Shown here piece by piece: positions 41,649-51,401 of a stretch of 64,000 nucleotides of DNA; the first letter of the stretch is position 1; each line of letters opens with the position of its first letter. The notes under the pieces are model-generated. The model did no database searches and was not told where the DNA came from. It was given only the letters and a program-made list of their open reading frames with translations. Source of the DNA: a virus (lineage: Duplodnaviria > Caudoviricetes); IMG/VR virus record IMGVR_UViG_3300048854_000081, positions 128,001 through 192,000 of that record. The stretch is one strand, 5' to 3'. The position numbers were made by a program, and so were the translations under genes.

Positions 41649-42020
41649 TTAACTACTGGCGAATTCAATTCGCAGATCAAATTTGTCACTAAAGTTTAAA
41701 TAAGCATAATAAACGTCAGCAAACACCATAATTGCGTTTTGGTCATACACCGGTACAATCTGTAACTCGTTTAATTGAACGCGAGGATCATTTTTGAAAA
41801 CTTTAGTGATATCTTCTTCAATAATGAAAATGGTTGTATCATCCAATGGTTCGAAGACCAAATCTGGAATACGCGTACCATATTCGAACATCATTACGCG
41901 CTCACCCGGACGGGTGTATATTTCATTTACCAAATCCTGTTTGATAAGAGAGACATTCGTTAAAATGAATTCTTTCTTGGTTTGGAATTGTAATGTTGAA
42001 AAACCTACGTAACGATCCAT
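41649..42020 (-). CDS. gp25: Baseplate wedge subunit
   Basis: TRPGERVMMFEYGTRIPDLVFEP, NDPRV. Confidence 0.92.
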   Translation of the reverse strand: MDRYVGFSTLQFQTKKEFILTNVSLIKQDLVNEIYTRPGERVMMFEYGTRIPDLVFEPLDDTTIFIIEEDITKVFKNDPRVQLNELQIVPVYDQNAIMVFADVYYAYLNFSDKFDLRIEFASS

Positions 42021-42044
42021 AAATTACCTATAATCCAATATTTA

Positions 42045-42371
42045 TTATCTGCGCCAGAACTGACCGCGCTGGATCGTGTCCTCACCTTCAACTCGGTTGA
42101 TGGATTGGGAACCCGTACCACCATCGTCGGTGAACTGTGGCTCGTGACCAGTGTTATATTCTGATTGATCGCTTGGTGAGTTTGTCGAACTGTTACCCAT
42201 CAAACCTCTAGCCCACGGCTCATGCTGTGGAACACGATTGGTCATCGGTGCACTATCAGCGTTAGATAGGCAAGCAGGGCTTGCAATCTTAGGCATTGAT
42301 GAGTTATACACCGGATCAATCGGGAAGGCAGGCATACCATTGACTACACCATCATTAACTACAATACTCAT
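42045..42371 (-). CDS. Small gp5-associated protein
   Basis: ATGA-coupled to gp5; contains RVPQHEPW. Confidence 0.5.
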   Translation of the reverse strand: MSIVVNDGVVNGMPAFPIDPVYNSSMPKIASPACLSNADSAPMTNRVPQHEPWARGLMGNSSTNSPSDQSEYNTGHEPQFTDDGGTGSQSINRVEGEDTIQRGQFWRR

Positions 42372-44914
42372 GGGATAATGGTTCCTCCGTTCAAGTTAAA
42401 GTTTTCATTCTGGAAAATCGAGGTCGCCGAACCCGGTAGTGGTGGAATTACCTGTGATTTAATCTGATCCAAGTTTATACATAGACCACTGTTGATCATG
42501 TTCATGATGGCTGTAAAGCCAGACGGTAATGCAATACCTTGTGATTCTAGAATTTGAATAATGGCTTGTGCATTGACTGGGAAGTTAATACCATGTCCAG
42601 TAATCAAGCTAATTGCAGCCATGGCAAGACTTGCGTAATATGCTAATGTGTTCAATTCTAGCGATATTTCATTGACCTTCGTTACCACACCAGCAAAATA
42701 TGGTGTAGAGAACTGTTGGCTCAACGAACCAATAGCCACGTCCTGTAGAGATTGTAAGCTAATACCATCAGTACCAATCTTAATGGACGATAGACCCGGA
42801 CATGCGCCAAAGATCAATGGTTCAGCACCAGTGATGGTGAACTCATTTGCGTCAAGACTCATTGGAGTCGTACCGGCACACATGTTATTGATTGCAGTAA
42901 CCGCAGGATTCATATTGTTGGCAGCAAGGTAGGTTCCAGCCGTATAGGTAGACCATGCTCTGAAGTTCTTACCGCTACCGGAAAATACGAAAGCTGCGTT
43001 TGCATTATATTGTGGATCGAATAGCTGATCCTTGACTCTCAAGGTATCTGGATAATTCCATTGAGTTGGATTTACCAGCGAACGAACCTGCCAGAAACCG
43101 CACGATGGACCCCATTTAGAATCCTGTAAACCAACGTCACCAATAGCGGTTGGGTTGAATCGTGATTCGGCACCCGAGATAGCCACGGCAATAGTCAAGG
43201 ACTGACCTCTGAAACCAGCATTCCATGCTACGCGAGCCGCTAGATCGGCACCGCTAAATCCTGCAATAGGAACCTGAGCCGGTAGATTACATGTGATAGC
43301 TGGAACCTGTGATTCGTCAGGGAATGGTGGTGCCTGCGCGGTAGGTGCATTCGTCTGCATCGTAGTGTTACCACCCGAAGCAATGTTCATATTACCGTTA
43401 GTAGAAATGTCAGCACCAGCATCACTCAACGAAATCTGCGAATTTGGAGTCTTAAGAACGATACCGCCTGTTCCACCAGAGTTTCCACCCACGCTTTCCA
43501 TAGAGAATCCACCACTGACGGATTTCATATTAATATTTTGCTGTGAACCAATGCTCATTTCACCAAAGTAAGAATAGAATTCGAAGTTACCTCTGGATGC
43601 GTACTTGGAACCAAGTATGGAGAACTCGTTAATATGTCCTGTGACGGCGACGTTTAGATCACCGTTGACAGTCAGATTGTAGTCACCAGCATTAGTAATA
43701 AAATCTACCTGACCTTGTACCTGCGTCTTGGATGTACCACCGACAGTTGTACAAGCATTTTCACCGATTTCAAAAATTGTATCTTCGAATGATAGCTGTC
43801 TCAAATTCTTGGAGACAAGATGCATATCGTCCTGTGACTGAATTCTAACTTGTCCTGAGGCTGGGGCTTCACTCATCTGTGGATTGGTGTTATCACCACC
43901 GGCATAGATGTACACACCATCCTTACCCTGAATACGCACCGTCTTTCCAGAGTTGATATTGATATCCATATCAGCATTCAATGAAATACGACGGGATGCA
44001 TAGGCATCAATGTTACCGGCTGAATCTAATTCAGCCCAAGCATTACCGGTATTGGTACGAACGTAAATTCTTTCATTAACGTCGTCTAAAATAATGGTGT
44101 GACCAGATGCCGAACGGAATCGTGTTCTGGTACTGGTCAAACGATCATCCATGGTTATCGAGGCAAAACCCGGCGTAGACCATGAGAATACTTTCGACGC
44201 CTTGATTGGAATACTACCATAACCCGACCAATCATAACCATCACCGCCTACAATATCCTTATTGAAAGCGAACTGCTGAGCGCCAGCAATATCTTGCTGG
44301 GTCTGATCGGTGTTTATTCCATCACTATTGGTTGGTTTTGCGCTTATTGCTGCTGCGGAATATTCAGCCTCGCGTGACTGCCACTCCGGAGAGTTGTTCT
44401 TGCCACCGTAGGCCATCTGTGCATTGCTGTACGCTGGTTCGATAGGGTTTCCCGATGAGGATAGGGGTCCATTGGCGGTACCGCCTGACGACCACTCATA
44501 GCGTCCATTGCCTATAGTGTGAACCTTCTGCTGATCAAAAATAACGCCAGCCCAGTAACGACGACGTAAGTCTCCGTCAATACAACCAACAAGCACGTTG
44601 GCACCAAGGTCTGGAATCGACCAGAAACCATAAGCTACTGTACCTTCGGTCTCGTGACCCATTCTTTCGTAACTACGGGAATTGATCGTGCCACCAAATG
44701 GTGAAACGTAAACACACCACGGTAGCTGGAATATCTTGGATGGATCATCACCATGTGAAGGACAAAATACTCTTAGGCGACCCATTTGTAGGGGGTCATC
44801 CGTGTCTACTACGATACCGGCTGTCATACCAGTAGTTACATGGAAATAGTCACCCTTGTTGTCTGTAGAATATCTTTTATCTAAGATATCCAACAGTTCG
44901 TCTTGATTCATCAT
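42368..44914 (-). CDS. gp5: Baseplate central spike with an SLT/lysozyme-like domain
   Basis: DPLQMGRLRVFCP (OB fold), RSASGHTIILDD, beta-helix repeats; AISGAESRFNP...GFWQV...FDPQYNANAA...AWSTY hydrolase domain. Confidence 0.85.
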   Translation of the reverse strand: MMNQDELLDILDKRYSTDNKGDYFHVTTGMTAGIVVDTDDPLQMGRLRVFCPSHGDDPSKIFQLPWCVYVSPFGGTINSRSYERMGHETEGTVAYGFWSIPDLGANVLVGCIDGDLRRRYWAGVIFDQQKVHTIGNGRYEWSSGGTANGPLSSSGNPIEPAYSNAQMAYGGKNNSPEWQSREAEYSAAAISAKPTNSDGINTDQTQQDIAGAQQFAFNKDIVGGDGYDWSGYGSIPIKASKVFSWSTPGFASITMDDRLTSTRTRFRSASGHTIILDDVNERIYVRTNTGNAWAELDSAGNIDAYASRRISLNADMDININSGKTVRIQGKDGVYIYAGGDNTNPQMSEAPASGQVRIQSQDDMHLVSKNLRQLSFEDTIFEIGENACTTVGGTSKTQVQGQVDFITNAGDYNLTVNGDLNVAVTGHINEFSILGSKYASRGNFEFYSYFGEMSIGSQQNINMKSVSGGFSMESVGGNSGGTGGIVLKTPNSQISLSDAGADISTNGNMNIASGGNTTMQTNAPTAQAPPFPDESQVPAITCNLPAQVPIAGFSGADLAARVAWNAGFRGQSLTIAVAISGAESRFNPTAIGDVGLQDSKWGPSCGFWQVRSLVNPTQWNYPDTLRVKDQLFDPQYNANAAFVFSGSGKNFRAWSTYTAGTYLAANNMNPAVTAINNMCAGTTPMSLDANEFTITGAEPLIFGACPGLSSIKIGTDGISLQSLQDVAIGSLSQQFSTPYFAGVVTKVNEISLELNTLAYYASLAMAAISLITGHGINFPVNAQAIIQILESQGIALPSGFTAIMNMINSGLCINLDQIKSQVIPPLPGSATSIFQNENFNLNGGTIIP

Positions 44915-47340
44915 GTCTTGTCGTCAGTCCTGTATAGCTCTAGTTGCTGGGTAAAGAATCCGCCAGCTAGGGAAGTCTTCACTCTACCCAAATGGTAATA
45001 TCCTTTGTAATAATATTGACGTGGCGTATCCTTGTCTAAGGTAATACCAACGTTATTGGACGGTTTGATATAGATATCAAGCTTTGCGTACATTGGATAG
45101 TACTCAGGGTACTTATAGAAAAATGGTTCGTCTGCATCTTCGTCCACCACCTTTTGTGGATTTCTGAACAAGTCAGACAATAGGTTAGGGTTACCCACAA
45201 TCGTAATCAAAAGCTTCGATGTCTGAGCCAGATTGGTCTTGACTAGGTTATCAATGGAAACTGGACCGTTAGGACGTTCCAAACCAAAGTTGCGAGGATT
45301 AGCCATACCACGAACACCACTGAATGATGTCTGGAAGAAATCGACCGTTGGGTTTCTTTCCAACATAATCTGCTCACGATTACCCACCACAACACGGTTA
45401 TCCGTACTGTTATTAGGCTGGCTCATAATTCCTAGGTCACTATCCGAGAATAGGGACATGGACAAGTTAATGATATCTCGGTCCTTGGCATCTTTCTGAT
45501 AGGTGAAAGATAGAGGACTCTGAGAACCTTCACCCGGACCAGTGTCAGTCGTCGAACTGTTTAGAGGAACTACATACTGTGCAATATGAATATCAAACTG
45601 GTATTTCTTATCACAAGTCTTCAAACATGAGATATTGCATTTGTAGCTCTTTTGCTTTGTAAGAGACGACAAGGCATCACTACCGACCTGATTGGATAGT
45701 TTCATCAAGTTATTGACAGTCTTAGTTAGCATTTTACCCGGCTTGACTTGGAAAACCTTGATGCCAGATGCAGTCTGCGAAATATCAGGCTGTTCAAACG
45801 ATAGGTTTCTATTGTCAATAACATAATCAAAATAGATTGGATCAAGCTTTACGTTATAGTCGATAGGTAGAACGCCACCACTCTTGACCTGTTCATTAGG
45901 TAATAGTGGATCAACATAGTCATCATTGATACTACCCAACCATGACGATAGTCTGGATTCAGGTGGTGTCTTCTGAGCTTTCAAGGCGGCTTCAAACCCT
46001 TCCATGACATCCTTGATGTTCATCATGGTCTTGTCTGCGGCAATTCTCTCATTACGGTAATCGTTTAGAGCTTTGTTGCGCTTAATGATGTCAATCTGTC
46101 TGGATGCAGCACTTGGTACAGAATTCTGTGTTGGACCCGGTTGGTCACCCGTTGGAGGCGGTAACCCGCCGAAAATGGCAGCTTCGTCAGCACGACGATT
46201 GACCAATCCTTGTAAAACCTTACCACCAGCATACACATACTTACCGAAAGCCTGCTGAGCACCATCATAGTCAGGCTTGTTCAATGTAGCCAACAATCCT
46301 TTGTAACCTGCGCTACCAAGGTTATATGTAAGACTGCATAGAGCATCAAACTTGCCTTGATCGAGAAGCACGCTCACATTTTTTCTTACGGCATTCTGAG
46401 CCCACTGACAGTCTTCCAAAAGGAATGCATCAGCCTGAGTCTGTGTGATTACGTCACCCTGCTTGACACCTTTAGTATGACCATAGCCAATCGTCCACAC
46501 GCCAACAGAATCTTGATAAGCCACAAGGCGCAAACCTTCAAACTGTTTGATGATGTTAGTACCTGCGGAACTAATACTGAAGGAAGATGCCGGAGCACCA
46601 CCGCCAATGGTTGGTGTAGGTGTCAACGATGTAACTGGGGTTGGGGTTATGGTAGGAGTAACCGTGATAGTAGCAGTTGTCGATGGGGTAGGGCTTGGCT
46701 TAAAAGCCTCAGGGGAAATCGTATTCGCGAGCGAACTACTATCCTTATGTGTAATCGTCATCTGGAAAACTTTAGAATAGTTAGGCAGAAGAGCAAACGT
46801 ATTATAGTCTGCTACATACATAATGGTATAGAAGTTATGAGCAATATCTTTGTTATTATATGAATGTGCCAGATTGTACATATGGAAGATCAATGGCTTG
46901 ATCGGCACGATTTCTTCCTTACCATCATAGGTGGTTCCGATGATGTAAGTCTTTAAAGCAAAGATAATATGAGTTTCAGAGACATTTAGCTTGGTAGCTA
47001 CTTCGTCTCTTAAGAAATTCTGAAAATATCCACCTACACCATCGGTGATGGTAAGGGAACCGGTCATTGAGGTGGTTGAATGGTCAAACTTAGAATGAAA
47101 GGTAAATTCGTTCTCATGACCAAAGATAATGAATTTAGAGTCAGAGAATTCGTTTACAACCACAATTCCTTTCTGAGAGCATCCATTTCCTTGAATTTCA
47201 GTACCACATTTACCCACGCTATAATCTAGCTTGGTGTTGATGGCATCAGAGGTAGTCGAGAACGCCACCAAAATACTCTTTGAAGAGTACGTTCTGAAAC
47301 GCATCAATGGGTTTTGTGTAGTATCTAAAGGATTTGCCAT
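44911..47340 (-). CDS. Baseplate hub-like protein (gp27-like) with an inserted GH24 lysozyme domain
   Basis: Position between gp53 and gp5; ITIVGNP and GGFFTQQLEL near the C-terminus; IKQFEGLRLVAYQDSVGVWTIGYGHT lysozyme with E/D/T residues. Confidence 0.7.
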   Translation of the reverse strand: MANPLDTTQNPLMRFRTYSSKSILVAFSTTSDAINTKLDYSVGKCGTEIQGNGCSQKGIVVVNEFSDSKFIIFGHENEFTFHSKFDHSTTSMTGSLTITDGVGGYFQNFLRDEVATKLNVSETHIIFALKTYIIGTTYDGKEEIVPIKPLIFHMYNLAHSYNNKDIAHNFYTIMYVADYNTFALLPNYSKVFQMTITHKDSSSLANTISPEAFKPSPTPSTTATITVTPTITPTPVTSLTPTPTIGGGAPASSFSISSAGTNIIKQFEGLRLVAYQDSVGVWTIGYGHTKGVKQGDVITQTQADAFLLEDCQWAQNAVRKNVSVLLDQGKFDALCSLTYNLGSAGYKGLLATLNKPDYDGAQQAFGKYVYAGGKVLQGLVNRRADEAAIFGGLPPPTGDQPGPTQNSVPSAASRQIDIIKRNKALNDYRNERIAADKTMMNIKDVMEGFEAALKAQKTPPESRLSSWLGSINDDYVDPLLPNEQVKSGGVLPIDYNVKLDPIYFDYVIDNRNLSFEQPDISQTASGIKVFQVKPGKMLTKTVNNLMKLSNQVGSDALSSLTKQKSYKCNISCLKTCDKKYQFDIHIAQYVVPLNSSTTDTGPGEGSQSPLSFTYQKDAKDRDIINLSMSLFSDSDLGIMSQPNNSTDNRVVVGNREQIMLERNPTVDFFQTSFSGVRGMANPRNFGLERPNGPVSIDNLVKTNLAQTSKLLITIVGNPNLLSDLFRNPQKVVDEDADEPFFYKYPEYYPMYAKLDIYIKPSNNVGITLDKDTPRQYYYKGYYHLGRVKTSLAGGFFTQQLELYRTDDKT

Positions 47341-47342
47341 TA

Positions 47343-47678
47343 TTAGTTGCCGGTTAGGTTATATATCGCTCTGGCATAGGAGGGTACGATTAGCACCGAA
47401 CCAATTCCCAATTCCTCAGTGATATCGACAATATTATTATATTGTAACACCAACCACTGAAAATCTGAACGCCCATATAATTTATAAGCAATTTTGTCCG
47501 CACGATATGCGAAGTCAGCCGTGACCGTGAACTTTTCATCAGTGATATCATCGTGGGGAAGATCGATTGGAGTCCAATAGCCAACAAAGTTACCGACGAT
47601 TTCAGCCGTACCACCTTGAACGTAACGGGAGTTCTTTTGTTGAAGAACACTCTTATTTTGATATAGTTTAAATGCCAT
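47343..47678 (-). CDS. gp53: Baseplate wedge subunit (LysM-like)
   Basis: YRADKIAYKLYGRSDFQWLVLQYNNIVD. Confidence 0.8.
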   Translation of the reverse strand: MAFKLYQNKSVLQQKNSRYVQGGTAEIVGNFVGYWTPIDLPHDDITDEKFTVTADFAYRADKIAYKLYGRSDFQWLVLQYNNIVDITEELGIGSVLIVPSYARAIYNLTGN

Positions 47679-47684
47679 GATTGA

Positions 47685-48554
47685 TTACCATTGATCCAAT
47701 TTGCCTGATTTAAAACTGTCGTAATCAAAAGATGCCAAATCTTCGATGCTTCTTACTTCAAGTAAGCCAATACCTACTTCCTGAATGATAGGAACCCATG
47801 CACCATCGCTGGTCTGGATGTAATCCACTTCAGATGAATAATTAACGTTAATAGACGTAATCATGACTGGAATGCCCTTGAGAACGTTACCGTAAGCAAA
47901 TAGTCTTAGGGTTTCTGGCTCTGCACCGTAGGATTCACCAGATTTCAAGGTAGGCATTCTCCATGCCTTTAGCCAATTAACGTATTGAAAATTCTTTGTA
48001 GCTTCTTCTACCGTTCTGGAAACGAACTTAGCGTTCAACGTAAAGGTTCTAGAAGGGCTACCCATGTAAATGACAACTGAGGCGGCAGCACGGATTTCAC
48101 CAATATTGACCAGAATGGTTGTTCCTGCTTCGCTTAACTCAGGTGTAGCTTCAAATACGACCACAGACATTGAGTCGCCGACCGATTGAACTGTATTACC
48201 TCGGCTGAATCCTGAGGTTAAGGCTCGTGCACCCGCACCCGTGCGACCCACTAGAGCAACCTTCTGCGAATTGCTATTTTCGGCAATGGCAGACTTTCTA
48301 GCATTGTAGTCATCGGTAGAAGACTTATTGTTAGCTTCTACAGCCATCTTACTTGAACCATTCGATATGCTATTGGCAGTTGAGGCGACCGATCCTTGGG
48401 CTAGTTCTGCCTGACTCGGGTTCGTGGTCTTCCCACCTGTAGATGCTGCTGGCTGTGCAGCCGGGTTTACCGCACCCGAAGATGAGCTATTTTGTACAGG
48501 TTTTGGAGGTGGTGCTGTGGAAGCAACCTGATTTGCGTTAACTGGACCGGTCAT
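47685..48554 (-). CDS. Baseplate tail-tube cap (gp48-like)
   Basis: SRTFTLNAKF...EEA, PVMITSINVNY; low-complexity N-terminus. Confidence 0.6.
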   Translation of the reverse strand: MTGPVNANQVASTAPPPKPVQNSSSSGAVNPAAQPAASTGGKTTNPSQAELAQGSVASTANSISNGSSKMAVEANNKSSTDDYNARKSAIAENSNSQKVALVGRTGAGARALTSGFSRGNTVQSVGDSMSVVVFEATPELSEAGTTILVNIGEIRAAASVVIYMGSPSRTFTLNAKFVSRTVEEATKNFQYVNWLKAWRMPTLKSGESYGAEPETLRLFAYGNVLKGIPVMITSINVNYSSEVDYIQTSDGAWVPIIQEVGIGLLEVRSIEDLASFDYDSFKSGKLDQW

Positions 48555-48578
48555 AAAATATTGAACTTCATTTTTAAA

Positions 48579-48633
48579 TATTTATCACCGTCACAAAAAC
48601 CCAATTTTCGCATTTCCATAGCGGTCATAAATA
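48579..48633. promoter_or_regulatory. Divergent late promoters CGGTGATAAATA (minus) and CGGTCATAAATA (plus)
   Basis: Octamers at 48579-48586 and 48626-48633 share a CGGT 5' flank. Confidence 0.65.
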
Positions 48634-48655
48634 ATTCGAAATCTGAGAATCAGTA

Positions 48656-49486
48656 ATGACCAACGAAACAAAAGCTTACAACCCTCTTATTAATAAATTA
48701 AATAAGAGTAATAACATTCCCGGCATGACTTTCCGTCTTCCTTCGAAGGGTCTTCCCTACAAGGCTGGCGAACTTGCCGATGACGTAATGGATGGTGAAA
48801 TCGTCATCTTCCCTATGTCCACTCTGGATGAAATATATTTAAAGACTCCCGACATGTTGTTCCAAGGAACGGCTATCGAGCGTACTATCTCCCGTTGCTG
48901 CCCACAGGTTCTAAAGCCTTTGGAACTCCTTTCGAAGGACGTTGACTACATTCTTACATGCATGCGTCTAGTTTCCTACGGAAATATCTTGACCGTGCCG
49001 TTCAAATGTGATTGTGGTAAGGCAGATGAAGTCGATCTTCAGGTTCCGATCAGTAGTTTCCTTAGCACCACCAAGACTATTGAGAAGGAAGATATCGACC
49101 GTGCGACCTTCGAACTTGAAGGTTTCGTTATTAAAACCAAGTTCGTATCCTTCCTGAACATGATCAAAGTCACTCAGGAACATGACACCAGCACCAATGA
49201 TCCAGAAAAGCTATTCAATCTATTCATTGATAACCTTTCATTGAACGTTGAGTCCATTGATACCATCGATGATAAGGAAATGATTGTTGACTTCCTTAAG
49301 GCTCAGCACAGAAAGTTCCAGATGGACCTTCTAGATAACATCCAGAAAATCAATAACTGGGGTATCAAGTTTGAATATGTTCACCGCTGTAAGTGGTGTG
49401 ACAAAGACAAGACACTTCCAATCTCGCTTAACCCTGTAAGTTTTTTTTCGGAACCCTCAAGTCAGGCACCAGAGAGCAACGCCTAA
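48656..49486 (+). CDS. gp26: Baseplate hub assembly chaperone (gp26-like)
   Basis: LPSKG, DVDYILTCMRLVSYG, two CxC/CxxC motifs, and SFF near the C-terminus. Confidence 0.8.
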   Translation: MTNETKAYNPLINKLNKSNNIPGMTFRLPSKGLPYKAGELADDVMDGEIVIFPMSTLDEIYLKTPDMLFQGTAIERTISRCCPQVLKPLELLSKDVDYILTCMRLVSYGNILTVPFKCDCGKADEVDLQVPISSFLSTTKTIEKEDIDRATFELEGFVIKTKFVSFLNMIKVTQEHDTSTNDPEKLFNLFIDNLSLNVESIDTIDDKEMIVDFLKAQHRKFQMDLLDNIQKINNWGIKFEYVHRCKWCDKDKTLPISLNPVSFFSEPSSQAPESNA

Positions 49487-49677
49487 AACTTAACTCGGAG
49501 CTTGAGGGGCAACGAAAGCAATTGTACCGCAATGGCATAGAGTTAATTTACTTTATGCGTGGTGCTCTAAGCAGAGAAGACATGCTTGATATGGTTCCAT
49601 TTGAACGAGAAATCATAATGGAATTCATCAACGAAAGATTGGAAGTGGAAGGTAAGAGAACAAACCCGGTGTATTAA
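49447..49677 (+). CDS. Unannotated 76-codon -1 frame ORF (small gp51-like chaperone segment), probably reached by frameshift from gp26
   Basis: Hand translation FGTLKSG...YFMRGALSREDMLDMVPFEREIIMEFINERLE...PVY*; fills the gap and overlaps the next ATG (TAATG). Confidence 0.7.
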   Translation, partial: FGTLKSGTREQRLKLNSELEGQRKQLYRNGIELIYFMRGALSREDMLDMVPFEREIIMEFINERLEVEGKRTNPVY

Positions 49678-50378
49678 TGGATAAGAACGTAATCGCAATA
49701 GACCCATCCCTTAACAGTACTGCCATGGTTGTAAATGATATCAAATTCATTTACGCCAAGGCCGATTATGGTATGTCAGAGAAGACAGGTAAGCTTAAGA
49801 AATGGTTTGAACTATGTGATCATTTAATTACGTATCGTTGGATCACCTACAAGAAGATCGCTGACCATTCTGAACAAGAGATTCTTAAGCTTGTTCAGTA
49901 TGATGAACTCACGGATCGTATTATTCAAGATATCTTAGATAACATCGATCCCAATCTTCCTACCATTGCTGGTATCGAAGGTTATAGCTATTCATCCAGT
50001 GCCGGTCCACTCATCGATCTTGTTACATTCAGTACCTTCATACGAAGCAAGCTTTATAATAAGGTAACTGAAAATATCGTAGTTTACCAGCCAGCCCATT
50101 TGAAGCTGGAAGCGGCCAAGCTAACTTATGCACCAACGGTCAAGGGTGTCAAGGTCAAGAAGTATGAGTTCCGTAACAATCAAGGTATCTCAGGTGGTAA
50201 GTTCAAGAAGCCTGAAATGTACCGTGCCTTGATCGATAATACCAACATTAACTGCCTTTGGGTAAAGTTTCTTCGCCAGAATGCCAAGGATATCATTGAC
50301 CTCAATACGGTACCAAAACCGATTGAAGACATGAACGATGCCAAATTGATGTATGAAATAATATTAAAGAATAAATAA
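49677..50378 (+). CDS. RuvC-like Holliday junction resolvase/nuclease
   Basis: IAIDPSLNSTA, IEGYSY and DMNDA supply the acidic residues. Confidence 0.7.
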   Translation: MDKNVIAIDPSLNSTAMVVNDIKFIYAKADYGMSEKTGKLKKWFELCDHLITYRWITYKKIADHSEQEILKLVQYDELTDRIIQDILDNIDPNLPTIAGIEGYSYSSSAGPLIDLVTFSTFIRSKLYNKVTENIVVYQPAHLKLEAAKLTYAPTVKGVKVKKYEFRNNQGISGGKFKKPEMYRALIDNTNINCLWVKFLRQNAKDIIDLNTVPKPIEDMNDAKLMYEIILKNK

Positions 50379-50403
50379 TTGATATTAAAAGATTACATTG
50401 ACC

Positions 50404-51378
50404 ATGGCATCCTCCCAAGAAATCTACTCACAGATCACCCAAGCAATCAATCCCGACAACTCATCTAAGCGTCCAACGTTAGGATGGGTTGCTGGTGCAT
50501 TCAAGCGTGCCTACGACTTCGGTCGCATTCAGGCTGTCTTGAATAATCGTTCTGATGAACTTGATCCTGATACTCGCCAGACCTACCAAAACCTATTGAA
50601 GCTTCGCGATATCGCGGTGAACAATGGTTTGATGGTTGCCGAAGGTAACAAATATAAGGTTACTAACGCTGGTAGCAAGTTCGTACAGGACTTGGCTAAG
50701 AACATCAAGCAGTGGGAGTCGATTAACGATCTTACTTTCAAGCAACTTCGTGGTGAGGTTCAATCTGCCAAGGGTCAAGCCGATCAGGAATGGTACAACA
50801 GTCTTTCTCCTATCGAACAGCATATCATTGATCTATATTCTAAGCTAACTATCAAGGAATTCCATTTCTTGACGGGTGTGAAGAATGACAAGGATGGTAA
50901 GAACAGATATGTTAACCGTATCGAAACCATGGAAGACAGTGATCCAGAATCTTACAATATGTTAAGAGATTTGGGATTCATCACCAAAAAGAATACCATC
51001 AATGATGCCTTGGTATCCACATTCTTCAGAACGTTAGGTAAGTACGATTATCGTCATCTTCGTTCGTTCAACCGTAGCATTTCCAGCCGTAGTGATAGAC
51101 TTGCTGCCGATGCCGCATTGAACCAGAACCATGCAGACCGTATGGCAACAGATCGCAATCCTACTGATGGTGGCATGATGTCGGATCGTGAGCGAATGGT
51201 AGCAAACTCTAGAATGCCTTCCGATGTGGAAGAGCCAAACAACCGTCAGCAACAGCGTTCCAGAATCTTGGGTGGCCGTAAGGACGCCTTTAATGATAGA
51301 ATGCGTCGTACAAGACCGGCTAATGAATCTAAGAGTTTGTCCTTCAAACAATTTTTAATTGAAAAGATTGACAAATAA
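50404..51378 (+). CDS. Hypothetical late protein
   Basis: AATAAATA at 50370-50377; ends SLSFKQFLIEKIDK. Confidence 0.55.
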   Translation: MASSQEIYSQITQAINPDNSSKRPTLGWVAGAFKRAYDFGRIQAVLNNRSDELDPDTRQTYQNLLKLRDIAVNNGLMVAEGNKYKVTNAGSKFVQDLAKNIKQWESINDLTFKQLRGEVQSAKGQADQEWYNSLSPIEQHIIDLYSKLTIKEFHFLTGVKNDKDGKNRYVNRIETMEDSDPESYNMLRDLGFITKKNTINDALVSTFFRTLGKYDYRHLRSFNRSISSRSDRLAADAALNQNHADRMATDRNPTDGGMMSDRERMVANSRMPSDVEEPNNRQQQRSRILGGRKDAFNDRMRRTRPANESKSLSFKQFLIEKIDK

Positions 51379-51395
51379 AAATTTCGTGGTATAAG
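51368..51395 (+). promoter_or_regulatory. Sigma70-type promoter firing into the non-coding region
   Basis: TTGACA-16 nt-TATAAG with an extended TG. Confidence 0.6.
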
Positions 51396-51401
51396 TCTTT
51401 C

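Noticed and set aside
47390-47728. 112-aa minus-strand ORF overlapping gp53
   Set aside because: It is an alternative frame of a recognisable gp53 gene with no motif support.
49677-50378. RuvC-like protein as a Cas12/TnpB-type effector guided by the 51.4-kb RNA
   Set aside because: At 233 aa it is a stand-alone resolvase-like domain without recognisable zinc-finger or guide-binding regions, and another gene separates it from the RNA candidate.
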